A stretch of 64,000 bases of DNA from Vicinamibacteria bacterium (GTDB taxonomy: Bacteria; Acidobacteriota; Vicinamibacteria; Marinacidobacterales; Marinacidobacteraceae). The stretch covers positions 3,616,001 to 3,680,000 of the forward strand of contig OY821641.1 of assembly GCA_963555995.3 (NCBI GenBank), in the 5' to 3' direction. The translations under genes were made by a program, and so were the position numbers. The notes under the pieces are model-generated. The model had not been told where the DNA came from and did no database searches. It worked only from the letters and a program-made list of their open reading frames with translations. Shown here piece after piece: positions 39,663 through 50,883 of the stretch. Position 1 is the stretch's first letter. Every line of letters starts with the position of its first letter.

Positions 39663-39777
39663 GGACTCGGTGTGCGCGTCCGCAGTATAGGTGAGCGCCT
39701 CATCGGGACTGGCTCGCCGATCCCGGATATCGACCGCGGCCAAGAAAACTTCCGGCGTGGGTGCTGTGACGGTGGGT

Positions 39778-39925
39778 GAGGTTGCGCCGTGCGCGGCGCG
39801 GAGCGCCGCGCGTGCCGGTCTGGAGACCGGCGTTCCAAGCCGGGCGTGCTGCCTCGCATGAGCAGGGTCACGACGTGCGCGGCCCGTTGGGCCGCGCGTG
39901 CCGGTCTGAAGACCGGCGGTCCCGG
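39778..39925. repeat. REP cluster
   Basis: Two GCCGGTCTGRAGACCGGC hairpins. Confidence 0.75.
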
Positions 39926-39982
39926 CCGGGCGTGCCACCGGGCCGTTAGCCCCGGTCTTCGCGCTCTCGCGCGAAGTTCCCT

Positions 39983-40513
39983 TCAGTCGGTGTAGGCGGC
40001 CGGGTCCGGGCCAAGGTCGCCCGGCGAGTCGGATTCGGCGGGCGTCGGCGACCCGCCTTCGACGAGGCTCTCGATGCGGGTGACCCGGTTCTGGACATCT
40101 TCCAGGTCCCTGCGGAGTTCGTCCACGTCGGCGCGGAGTTTGTTCACGTCGGCGCGGAGTTCGTTCACGTCGGCGCGGAGTTCGTTCACGTCGGCGCGGA
40201 GTTCCTTCACGTCCGCGCGGAGTTCGGCTATCGCGCGGTGGATCGGAGTCAACTCCTCCCGGAGAACCTCCCGAAACTCCACTCGCAGGTCGCCGATCTG
40301 GCGCTGCATGCCGAGCATCTGGCTCTGGATGCTGATCAGCATCGTGACCCCGATCGCCAGCATCGGAATCCACGAGCGCACCCCCTCGCGCCACCAGGCG
40401 CCGCGCGCTCCGTTTCGGTCACCGCCCACGGGGCCAGTGTAGGGCGCGGCCTGCGGCCCGGCAACCGATTCCTCGGCGGGGTCCTTCATCGAGTTCTTCA
40501 GTGCGGTGGACAT
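39983..40513 (-). CDS. TM-anchored coiled-coil protein with heptad tandem repeat
   Basis: SD AAAGGAG; hydrophobic segment; about five ELRADVN-type heptads encoded by a 21-bp repeat at 40112-40225. Confidence 0.72.
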   Translation of the reverse strand: MSTALKNSMKDPAEESVAGPQAAPYTGPVGGDRNGARGAWWREGVRSWIPMLAIGVTMLISIQSQMLGMQRQIGDLRVEFREVLREELTPIHRAIAELRADVKELRADVNELRADVNELRADVNKLRADVDELRRDLEDVQNRVTRIESLVEGGSPTPAESDSPGDLGPDPAAYTD

Positions 40514-40924
40514 GGGGCTCCTTTCCGTCGGGCGGACGGCGCGGTGGGCCGCGCGGGATGCGCGTCCCTACTGTCCCTAGACGTAATCCGGGCCGGTTTT
40601 TTCCCGCCTGAACCCCAAATGTGGAAAAGTCGAAGCGAATGTGCAGTTCCGCTGGTCGGCCAAGAGCCGTGATGGCGCCGCCGGCGTTCCAAGCCGTACG
40701 CGCCTTCCCCGTGGTCAGCGCGGCGCGCTCTGCGGCCCTGCGGGCCGCGGTGCCGGCTGAAGCCGGCGTTCCAGATCGGTGCGCTGTCACGGCGGTGGCG
40801 AACGGCGCGGTGCCGGGGTTGACCCACTGACGCCCGTGGCCGTACGCTCCACCGGCGTGAAGGGGGATGTCCGGGCGGGTGGCGGGAACCCCGTGAAGAC
40901 AGTGCTCCCGAGGAGGAGGTCCTG

Positions 40925-42241
40925 ATGCTGAGGCGAATTCCGCTGATCGGTTTGGCCGCGCTCCTGCTGGCCGAACCCGCGTTGGCGCAGGACGAGGGAG
41001 GCGTGAGCGCGGTCGGCGTGGACACCCTGTTCGTGCTGGTGTCGGCGTTCCTCGTGTTCCTCATGCAGGCCGGGTTCGGGATGCTGGAAGCCGGGTTCAT
41101 CCGCGCGAAGAACACCTGCAACATCCTCACGAAGAACTTCCTCGACTACTGCATGGCGTCGCTCGGGTTCTTCGTGTTCGGCTACGCCATCATGTTCTCG
41201 GAGGGGAACCCCTTCTTCGGGACCAGCGGCTTCTTCCTGGTGGGCGCCGAGTCGGCCGCCGACGTGCCGCTGTGGGCGTTCTGGCTGTTCCAGGCGGCGT
41301 TCTGCGGGGCCGCCGCCACCATCGTGGCCGGCGGCATGGCGGAGCGGATGAAGTTCCCCGCCTACCTCGCCTACTCCTTCATCATCTCCGCGTTCATCTA
41401 CCCGATCGTCGGGCACTGGACCTGGGGCGGCGGCTGGCTGGCCCAGCTCGACTTCTTCGACTTCGCGGGGTCCACGGTCGTCCACCTGACCGGCGGCGCG
41501 ACCGCGCTGGTGGGCGCCATCATCCTGGGGCCGCGTCTCGGCCGCTTCAACGCCGACGGCTCCTCGAACCCCATCCCGGGTCACTCGGTGCCGCTGGCCT
41601 CGCTCGGAGTGTTCATCCTCTGGTTCGGCTGGTTCGGCTTCAATCCGGGTTCGGCGCTCTCGGTGGGGGACGGTGAGGCCATCTCGCTCATCGCCATCAA
41701 CACGAACCTCGCCGCCGCCGCCGGGGCGGTGACCACGACGTTCATCTCCTGGATCCTGTTCGGCAAACCCGACCTGTTCTTCACCATGAACGGGGCGCTC
41801 GCCGGCCTCGTCTCGATCACCGCGCCCTGTGCGGTGGTGAGTCCGGCGGCCGCGATCTGGATCGGCGTGACCGGCGGTTTCGTGATCATCCTCGGGGAGG
41901 GGCTCCTGCGGATCATCAAGGTGGACGATCCGTGCGGCGCGTTCCCGGTGCACGGCCTCTGCGGCATCTGGGGGACCCTGACCGTCGGGCTCTGGGGGCG
42001 GGAATCGCTCGGACTCGCGCGGGAAGGACTCTTCTACGGCGGCGGGTTCGAACAGCTCGGCATCCAGGCGCTCGGCACCTTCGCCTCCGGCATCTTCGTC
42101 TTCCTCTCCATGGGCCTCGTGTTCATCGCCATCAAGGCGGTGCTCGGCCTCCGGGTGGACCGGATGGAGGAGATCCGGGGTCTCGACATGAACGAGCACG
42201 GCATGGAGTCCTACACCGGCTTCCAGATCCTGGGTTCCTGA
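40925..42241 (+). CDS. amtB: Ammonium transporter
   Basis: FLMQAGFGMLEAG, GGMAERMKF, DFAGSTVVHLTGG, LWFGWFGFN, VDDPCGAFPVHG. Confidence 0.96.
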   Translation: MLRRIPLIGLAALLLAEPALAQDEGGVSAVGVDTLFVLVSAFLVFLMQAGFGMLEAGFIRAKNTCNILTKNFLDYCMASLGFFVFGYAIMFSEGNPFFGTSGFFLVGAESAADVPLWAFWLFQAAFCGAAATIVAGGMAERMKFPAYLAYSFIISAFIYPIVGHWTWGGGWLAQLDFFDFAGSTVVHLTGGATALVGAIILGPRLGRFNADGSSNPIPGHSVPLASLGVFILWFGWFGFNPGSALSVGDGEAISLIAINTNLAAAAGAVTTTFISWILFGKPDLFFTMNGALAGLVSITAPCAVVSPAAAIWIGVTGGFVIILGEGLLRIIKVDDPCGAFPVHGLCGIWGTLTVGLWGRESLGLAREGLFYGGGFEQLGIQALGTFASGIFVFLSMGLVFIAIKAVLGLRVDRMEEIRGLDMNEHGMESYTGFQILGS

Positions 42242-42269
42242 TGGGACCTTCCTTCGAGGCTGTCACGAC

Positions 42270-42611
42270 ATGAAGCTAGTCACCGCCATGGTTCAACCCG
42301 AGGTGGTTCCCCTGGTCCAGGAGGAACTCTTCGGAGCGCAGATCAACAAGTTCTCGATCACCGCCGGAGTGGGCCACGGAACCCAGAAGGGCTACCAGGC
42401 CACCTTCCGCGGGGTCCAGACGCAGGTGAACATCCTGAAGCGGGTCCGCATTGACGTCGCGGTGAACGAGGACTTCGTGGAGCGCGCGGTGCAGGCGATC
42501 CTCAAGGGGGCGCAGACGGGAGAGGCGGGCGACGGGAAGATCTTCATCACCGACCTCCACGACTGCGTCCGGATCCGGACCGGCGAGCGCGGCTCGCAGG
42601 CCATCGGCTAG
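42270..42611 (+). CDS. glnK: P-II nitrogen regulator
   Basis: GHGTQKG, TGEAGDGKIFI, CVRIRTGERG; adjacent to amtB. Confidence 0.9.
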   Translation: MKLVTAMVQPEVVPLVQEELFGAQINKFSITAGVGHGTQKGYQATFRGVQTQVNILKRVRIDVAVNEDFVERAVQAILKGAQTGEAGDGKIFITDLHDCVRIRTGERGSQAIG

Positions 42612-42618
42612 CGCTTCC

Positions 42619-44034
42619 ATGTCTCTTCGCGACGTCCGCCGCGTCATCCAGGACCGGAAGATCAAATTCGTGGACTTCCGGTTCACGGACCTCCTCGGCG
42701 GCTGGCGCCACATCTCCTACGCCATCGAGGCCTTCGAAGAGGACATGTTCGTCCACGGCATCGGTTTCGACGGTTCGTCGGTCCGCGGCTTCCAGGGGAT
42801 CGAGCGGAGCGACATGCTGCTGCGCCCCGATCCGGACAGCGGCTTCATTGACCCCTTCTACGAAGAACCCACCCTCGTCTTCATCTGCAACGTCAAGGAC
42901 CCGGTGGACCTGAGCCTCTACTCCCGCGATCCGCGGAACATCGTCGAGAAGGCCACCCGGTTCCTCGAGACCTCGGCGCTCGCCGACACCTGCTACGTCG
43001 GCCCCGAGGCCGAGTTCTACATCTTCGACGACGTCCGCTTCGACCAGACGGTGAACGAGGCGTTCTACTACGTGGACTCCGGGATCGGCGCCTGGAACGT
43101 CGGACGCGTCGAGAAGCCGAACCTCGGCCACAAGCCGGGTCTGAAGCAGGGCTACTTCCGGATGCCGCCCACCGATCCCTACCAGGACGTGCGCTCCCAG
43201 ATGGTGAGCAACCTGCGGGACTGCGGGGTGGAGGCCGAGCTCCACCACCAGGAGGTGGGCAGCGGCGGCCAGTGCGAGATCGGGATCAAGTACACGACGA
43301 TCAGCCAGATGGCGGACTCGATGATGAAGTTCAAGTACATCGTCAAGAACACCGCCAACCGGCACGGCAGAACCGTGACCTTCATGCCCAAGCCGCTCTT
43401 CGGCGACAACGGCTCCGGAATGCACTGCCACATGAGCCTCTGGAAGAAGGGGAAGAACCTCTTCTACGACCCGAACGGCTACGCCGGCCTCAGCGAGGCG
43501 GGAGTCTTCTTCATCGGCGGCATCCTGAAGCACGCGGCGTCGCTCTGCGCCTTCACCTGTCCCACCGCGAACTCCTACCGGCGTCTCGTCCCCGGGTTCG
43601 AGGCGCCGAACAAGCTGGTCTATTCCCGGAGCAACCGCTCGGCGGCGGTGCGGATTCCCATGTATTCGTCGGCCCCGGGGGCCAAGCGGATCGAGTTCCG
43701 CTGTCCCGACCCGAGCGCCAACCCCTACCTGGCCTTCTCGGCCATCATGATGGCGGGGTTCGACGGCATCGTGAACCGCACCGTTCCTCCCGATCCGGTG
43801 GACCAGGACCTATACGAACTGCCCGAAGCGGAACTGCGGAAGATCGGCGACACGCCGCCCACGCTGAAGGCGGCGCTCAACGCGCTGGAAGAGGACAACG
43901 ACTACCTGCTGCGCGGCGATGTCTTCACGCCCGACGTGATTGACACCTGGATCCGCTACAAGCGGGCCAACGAACTCGCCTACATGGACCAGCGACCGCA
44001 CCCCGCGGAGTTCGCTCTCTACTATGACTGCTGA
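42619..44034 (+). CDS. glnA: Glutamine synthetase type I
   Basis: FDGSSVRGF, GPEAEFY, TFMPKPLFGDNGSGMHCH, NSYRRLVPGFEAP, RIEFRCPDPSANPYL. Confidence 0.97.
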   Translation: MSLRDVRRVIQDRKIKFVDFRFTDLLGGWRHISYAIEAFEEDMFVHGIGFDGSSVRGFQGIERSDMLLRPDPDSGFIDPFYEEPTLVFICNVKDPVDLSLYSRDPRNIVEKATRFLETSALADTCYVGPEAEFYIFDDVRFDQTVNEAFYYVDSGIGAWNVGRVEKPNLGHKPGLKQGYFRMPPTDPYQDVRSQMVSNLRDCGVEAELHHQEVGSGGQCEIGIKYTTISQMADSMMKFKYIVKNTANRHGRTVTFMPKPLFGDNGSGMHCHMSLWKKGKNLFYDPNGYAGLSEAGVFFIGGILKHAASLCAFTCPTANSYRRLVPGFEAPNKLVYSRSNRSAAVRIPMYSSAPGAKRIEFRCPDPSANPYLAFSAIMMAGFDGIVNRTVPPDPVDQDLYELPEAELRKIGDTPPTLKAALNALEEDNDYLLRGDVFTPDVIDTWIRYKRANELAYMDQRPHPAEFALYYDC

Positions 44035-44085
44035 TTTTCGAAGCGGCTTGCAAAGCGGCCGGCCAGCGACCACGGAGGCCCTTTC

Positions 44086-45387
44086 ATGACTCCAGGAACC
44101 ATTGGAATCGCCCTTGCTCTCGGGATCGTCGGGATCCTGGCGATCGTCATCTTCATCCGCGCCCACGTCGTGGTCTGCGCCCCCAACGAGGCGGTGATCT
44201 TCTCGGGACGGAAAAAGGGATATCGCATCATCCGGGGCGGCCGGGGCTTCCGCCGTCCGCTCATCGAGACGGTGTCCCGCATCTCGCTGAACACCATTCC
44301 CATCGAGGTGGCCGTCAAGAAGGCGCTGTCGGCGGGGATGATCCCGCTGGACGTGGACGGCATGGCGACCGTGAAGATCGCCGGCGATCCGGACGGCGGC
44401 CTCGACCACGCCGTGGAGCGCTTCCTCGGCCGGACCCAGCACGAGATCCAGACCGTCGCGAAGCAGACGCTGGAAGGCAGCCTGCGCGGCGTGCTCGCCA
44501 CCCGGACGCCCGAGGAGGCGAACGCCGAGCGGCTGGGCGTCGGCGACGCCGTTGCCGAGTCCGTGCGGAAGGACTTCTCGCAGCTCGGCCTCGTCCTGGA
44601 CACCTTCAAGATCCAGCACCTGTCGGATACCGAGGGCTATCTGGACGCCATCGGCCGCAAGCGCAGCGCGGCCGTCCGCCGGGACGCCAAGGTCGCCGAG
44701 GCGCGGGCGGACGCGGAAGCGCGGGACGTGGCCGCGAGCGCGAAGCGCGATGCGGTGGTCGCCGAGACCAGTGCGGAAGAGGCCATCGTGGACGCCGAGC
44801 ACGGCGTCCGTTTGCGGCGGGCTCAGCGGGACGCGACGGCGAACCAGGCCGAGCAGGTCGCCGAGGTGGCGAAGCGCATGGCCCGGGTCGAGGAAGAGCG
44901 CAAGCTGGAAGAGATCCGGGTAGCGCGGAACGAGCTCCGCGAGAAGGCGAACACCGTCGTGCCGGCGGAGGCGTCGAGCCAGGCCCGGTCGCTGACCTCG
45001 CAGGGCGAGGCCTCCCGGATCCGCGAGAACGGCAAGGCGACGGCTGAGGCTCTCGCCGAGATCAAGGCACAGTGGGACGACGACACCACGCGGGAAATCA
45101 TGCTGCTCCAGATGCTCCCGCAGCTCCTCGACAAGGTCACCCACGTGCTCCACGACAACCTGCACGTGGAACGGCTCACGGTGGTGGACAACGGAACCGG
45201 CGGCGCGGTCCCGAACCACGTCCGCGGCCTGACCGGGTCCATCGCCGCCTTCCTCGAGCAGCTCAAGACCTCCACCGGCGTGGACGTGCCCGCCATCCTG
45301 CGCGGCAGCGCCACCGAGGCGGACGACGACGACACCGGCGCCAAGCGCAGCTCCGCCCGCGGCCCCCTCGGCCACAAGGGCCACTGA
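44086..45387 (+). CDS. Flotillin/SPFH-domain protein
   Basis: N-terminal TM, PNEAVIFSG, VERFLG, TLEGSLRGVLA, AEA-rich coiled coil. Confidence 0.88.
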   Translation: MTPGTIGIALALGIVGILAIVIFIRAHVVVCAPNEAVIFSGRKKGYRIIRGGRGFRRPLIETVSRISLNTIPIEVAVKKALSAGMIPLDVDGMATVKIAGDPDGGLDHAVERFLGRTQHEIQTVAKQTLEGSLRGVLATRTPEEANAERLGVGDAVAESVRKDFSQLGLVLDTFKIQHLSDTEGYLDAIGRKRSAAVRRDAKVAEARADAEARDVAASAKRDAVVAETSAEEAIVDAEHGVRLRRAQRDATANQAEQVAEVAKRMARVEEERKLEEIRVARNELREKANTVVPAEASSQARSLTSQGEASRIRENGKATAEALAEIKAQWDDDTTREIMLLQMLPQLLDKVTHVLHDNLHVERLTVVDNGTGGAVPNHVRGLTGSIAAFLEQLKTSTGVDVPAILRGSATEADDDDTGAKRSSARGPLGHKGH

Positions 45388-45441
45388 AGCCGAGCGGGCC
45401 GGGAGGGGAGCCTTCGGCGCGCAAGGCCGCGTTACCACAGA

Positions 45442-45597
45442 ACTGGGTAGGTCGCCCGCTCCCCTCCCGACCCGCCCGCGCTTCGCGCGGAATCGGCACT
45501 CCCTCGCCCGCCGTCGGCGGGCTTCGGCGAGTCCCGATTCAAGGCTTCCTTTCTTTTTGGGAAAGGGGAGGGCCCCTTTCACACATTCCCCCGAACT
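45442..45597. repeat. Structured intergenic element, family 2, copy A
   Basis: Aligns with 49936-50099 with compensatory stem changes. Confidence 0.6.
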
Positions 45598-45699
45598 CGC
45601 TGGCAGCGAGCATGGCTCGCTGCCGACAGTTTTCTTTGTTGAGGAGCGAGTGTACGGCTGGGAACGCCGGCTTCCCGAGTTACGTGCTCCGAGCGTTCC

Positions 45700-46442
45700 T
45701 CAGGGGCGCTGGATCGCCTTCGCGATCCCGTCGGCGAGTTCGTCTTCGCCGGCGAGATAGCGCTGGCCGAGCACGCCGAGTCCGCCGTCCAGCCGGTACA
45801 CGAGCGGTATCCCGGTGGGGATGTTCCGCTGCTGGATCTCCGCCGGCCCGACGCCCTCGAGGTGCATGACCAGCGAGCGCAGGCTGTTGCCGTGGGCGAC
45901 CACCAGCACCGGACCCGCCGCGAGGTCCGGAACGATCCGCCGCTCCCAGCAGGGGATCACCCGCCGGGCGGTGTCCCGCAGCGATTCGCCGCGCGGCAGG
46001 ACGTCCACCGGGACGTCCGCATAGCGCTCGTCGAACCGCGGATGCCGCGGGTCGTCGAGGTCCACCGGCGGCGGCGGATCGGCGTAGCTCCGGCGCCAGG
46101 CGAGCGTCTGGTCCGGCCCGAACTCGCGTTCCGTCTCGGCCTTGTTCTTCCCCTGGAGCTTTCCGTAGTGACGTTCGTTCAGCTCCCAGGCATACCGGAT
46201 CGGAAGATCGCGAAGCCCCAACCGCCCCAGGACTTCCTCCAGCGTGTGGACGGCGCGCTCCAGCAGGGAAGTGTGGGCGACGACCGGGACGATGCCGGCG
46301 GCGCGCAGCGCGTCGCCGGCCCGCCGCGCCTGCTCGCGTCCGGTCTCGGTGAGCGGCACGTCGGTCCAGCCCGTGAACCGGTTCTCCCGGTTCCAGACGC
46401 TCTCCCCGTGGCGGAGGAGGACGAGCGTCCGTTCCGGGCTGC

Positions 46443-46446
<4 letters not shown>
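45700..46446 (-). CDS. gpmA: 2,3-BPG-dependent phosphoglycerate mutase
   Basis: LLRHGESVWNRENRFTGWTDV, LNERHYGKLQG, VAHGNSLR, IPTGIPLVY. Confidence 0.95.
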
Positions 46447-48071
<1,625 letters not shown>

Positions 48072-48137
48072 GGACGGAGCGGTGATTCTAGTGGCCCGCG
48101 CGCCGCCCCGAACGCGCCCGGCGGGCCGCGCCGGGCC

Positions 48138-48914
48138 TCAGCGGGGAACGGCTGCGCCCGTATCGTCGAGACCGCTCTGGATGGCGCCGCGGACCCGTTC
48201 CATCAGCGCTCCGATCGCTTCCCGGTCCTGGGAATCGATCCCGGTGGTCTCGAGGGGTTCGTGATAGCGCACCTGGATCGTTCCGGGATAGACGAGCATG
48301 CCTCCCTTGGGGAGGATGTCCCGGGCTCCGGTGACCGTGATCGGCGCCACCGGGACGCCCGCGCGGGCCGCGAGGCGGAAGCCGCCCGATTTGAAGGGGC
48401 CGAGTTTTCCGGTGCGGCTCCGGGTCCCTTCGGGGGCGATCACGAAGGACTGGCCGGTCTCCATGGCCGTGACCGCGGCTTCGAGGCTCGCCCGGGCCGC
48501 CTTCGGATTCGAACGGTCCACCGGCGTGAAGCCCGCCGCGCGAAACGCCCAGCCGAGCATCGGCACGCGGAAGGCCTCCTTCTTGATCAGCGTCCCGTTG
48601 GCCTTGGGCAGCAGGTAGAGCACCTGGACCATGTCCGTGAGCGACTGGTGGTTGGGCATGTAGACCCGCGTCCGGAACGGCTCGACGCGGTGTCTGCCCA
48701 CTTCGCGCACGCGGATTCCACCGAGGAACCACAGCACCCCGACGATCCGGCGTCCGATCTCGTAGCCGAGCCGGTGCCGACCGCTGAACACGTCCGCGAG
48801 CGGCATCAGCAGCGCGCCGGCAAAGAGCAGGAGCGGCAGGGCCAGCGCTATCCCGACCGTGCCCACCACGGCGCGGGCGGTGCGGAGGCCCCCGCTCCGG
48901 CGCGGCTGCCGCAC
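48138..48914 (-). CDS. plsC: 1-acyl-sn-glycerol-3-phosphate acyltransferase
   Basis: NHQSLTD, PVDRSN, PEGTRS, FKSGGF. Confidence 0.88.
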   Translation of the reverse strand: MRQPRRSGGLRTARAVVGTVGIALALPLLLFAGALLMPLADVFSGRHRLGYEIGRRIVGVLWFLGGIRVREVGRHRVEPFRTRVYMPNHQSLTDMVQVLYLLPKANGTLIKKEAFRVPMLGWAFRAAGFTPVDRSNPKAARASLEAAVTAMETGQSFVIAPEGTRSRTGKLGPFKSGGFRLAARAGVPVAPITVTGARDILPKGGMLVYPGTIQVRYHEPLETTGIDSQDREAIGALMERVRGAIQSGLDDTGAAVPR

Positions 48915-48943
48915 GCTGGACCGACCTGCGTCCCGGCGGAGGG

Positions 48944-49588
48944 TCAGTAGCGGTTGATCGAGATCGAGACCGGCCGCCGTCCGCTGTCGGACTTGGCCAC
49001 CCGGCGCCGCTTGGGCGGACGGAGGGGCACCACGCTGGTGGCCGCCCCGGTGCCGGTTTCGTTCTCCGCGTCGCCGGCCTCGAGGCCGCTCTCTCCGTTC
49101 CGGCTGCGGCGCAGCGCCTCCACCACCTTGCGCTCGACCGCCTCGAGGGTCTCGGCGGCGACTTCCGCGACCTCGGTCACGGTGAGCTGATGCGCCCGGT
49201 CGAGCATCCGCTTCTCGCGGAAGGAGAGGGTCTTCCGCTCGCTGAGATAGAAGAGGCCCTTGAGGACCCCGGCAACCTCCACGGGCGAACCGCTCTTCAT
49301 ACGGTCGGAGTTGTCCTTGTAGCGGGTCTTCCAGTTGATCTGCTCGTCAACCGCGCCGTTCTCGAGCACGTCGAGAACCTCCTCGACGTCGCTCTCGGTC
49401 ATGATCGGCCGGAGCCCCACCTCGTCAACCTTGTCGATCGGGACCATGACTAGCGTGGACTTCGCCAGCAGCCGCAGGCGATAGAAGCTCGGTCCCACCG
49501 TTCCGTTGGAAGATTCAATACTCTCGACGACGCTGATCCCCTGATTCGGATAGATCACCTTGTCTCCAACTTCAAACCGCATCAACAC
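48944..49588 (-). CDS. carD: CarD-family transcriptional regulator
   Basis: FEVGDKVIYPNQG, VGLRPI, NWKTRYKDNSDRMKSG, LSFREKRML. Confidence 0.9.
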   Translation of the reverse strand: MLMRFEVGDKVIYPNQGISVVESIESSNGTVGPSFYRLRLLAKSTLVMVPIDKVDEVGLRPIMTESDVEEVLDVLENGAVDEQINWKTRYKDNSDRMKSGSPVEVAGVLKGLFYLSERKTLSFREKRMLDRAHQLTVTEVAEVAAETLEAVERKVVEALRRSRNGESGLEAGDAENETGTGAATSVVPLRPPKRRRVAKSDSGRRPVSISINRY

Positions 49589-49800
49589 TCAGCGATGCCT
49601 CCCGGTAGCGTTTCGGATACGCGAACCGTTAATCATACCACACCCCGGAACCGCCGGGATCGCTGGCATTCTTGAGATTCAGCGTGTCCGCCGGCAGTGG
49701 CGGGCCGGGCCTCCGGGGTCGTCGGGACGCGGAAGAACCGCGGCCTTCGTTGGTACACTGTGATTCCGAGCGCCGGTCCTGCCGAGCGGCTTCGGGGTTT

Positions 49801-49888
49801 GCCGGAGTGGCGGAATTGGTAGACGCACGGGACTCAAAATCCCGCGGTCCTCGTGATCATGAGGGTTCGAGTCCCTCCTCCGGCACCA
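49801..49888 (+). tRNA. tRNA-Leu(CAA)
   Basis: GCCGGAG acceptor stem, anticodon loop CTCAAAA, long variable arm, GGTTCGAGTCC, CCA end. Confidence 0.95.
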
Positions 49889-49935
49889 GGTCGAGCGGTC
49901 CCCGCTCGGGGCCATTGGACAGGACGGTTCGATTC

Positions 49936-50099
49936 ACTGGGCGGCGGAGGATGAGGCCCCGAGCGGGAACCGCCCGGCGCTGCGCGCCGGCATCGAAACT
50001 CCCTTGCGCGCCTCCGGCGCGCGGCGGCGAGTTCCGATGTACGTTTCCGTTTTGTGAAAGGGGGGGCTCGCCCCCCCTTTCACACTTTCCCCCCGAACC
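49936..50099. repeat. Structured intergenic element, family 2, copy B
   Basis: Aligns with 45442-45597. Confidence 0.6.
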
Positions 50100-50153
50100 G
50101 CGAGGGTCGTGGCGAGGGGCCGCTCGGTGACATTCCCCCGATAACCTGAACCG

Positions 50154-50492
50154 ATGGTCCACCCAGAACTTCTCGAGATCCTCTGTTGCCCGGAGACCCG
50201 GCAGCCGGTGCGCGTGGCGCCCGAGGCGCTCGTGGAATCCGTGAACCGGGCCATCCGGGAGGGCAGCCTCAAGGCGCCCGCCGGCGGCGAGCCGGCCGGC
50301 GTCCTCGACGGCGGCCTGGTTCGGGAGGACGGGAAGTTCCTCTATCCGGTGCGCAACGGGATCCCGATCATGCTGATCGAGGAACGCATCGCGATTCCGG
50401 CGCCGGAGGGCGACGGCGACGACTCAGCCGAAGATGTTGAAGAGGACGGCGACCCCGGACATCATCCAGTGGAGACTGGCGCCGGGGCCTGA
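50154..50492 (+). CDS. Trm112-family protein
   Basis: ELLEILCCPETRQP...LYPVRNGIPIML. Confidence 0.85.
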   Translation: MVHPELLEILCCPETRQPVRVAPEALVESVNRAIREGSLKAPAGGEPAGVLDGGLVREDGKFLYPVRNGIPIMLIEERIAIPAPEGDGDDSAEDVEEDGDPGHHPVETGAGA

Positions 50493-50879
50493 GAGCATCG
50501 CCCGCCGGAGCGCGCCGGCGGGCTCCGCCAGTTCGGCCGCCGCCGCCATTTCGGTCCCCATCAGCGGCGGGTCCGCGGTTCCCTGGAACACGCCGTCGTA
50601 GAGCTGCTGCAAGCGCTCGTCGGTGCGGGTGAGCGAGGCGTCCATCCACCAGAACAAGAGCGCGGCCGGGATCGCCGCCAGCCGCAGGAGCAGCCATCCC
50701 TGCAGGACGCCGAAGCCGATGGTGCCCGCCACGAGCGCCACGCTCCCGCGTTTCAGCCAGAGCGACTTCCTGGCGACGGCGGCGCGGGAGTCCTGAATCC
50801 GGTCCAGGCCGACATCCCGGTCCGTACGCGGCGCCCTCGGGCGCTCGGCGCGCAGGGGGGAGCGGGCGGATCCGGGCAC
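50424..50879 (-). CDS. Small multi-TM hypothetical protein
   Basis: LDRIQ..VARKSLWLKRGSVALV..FWWMDASL..DERLQQLYDGV; three hydrophobic segments. Confidence 0.6.
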   Translation of the reverse strand: MPGSARSPLRAERPRAPRTDRDVGLDRIQDSRAAVARKSLWLKRGSVALVAGTIGFGVLQGWLLLRLAAIPAALLFWWMDASLTRTDERLQQLYDGVFQGTADPPLMGTEMAAAAELAEPAGALRRAMLSGPGASLHWMMSGVAVLFNIFG

Positions 50880-50883
50880 AACG

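Noticed and set aside
40780-40920. Riboswitch, ANTAR hairpins or sigma54 promoter upstream of amtB
   Set aside because: No convincing match to the -24/-12 consensus or to paired hexaloop hairpins by eye
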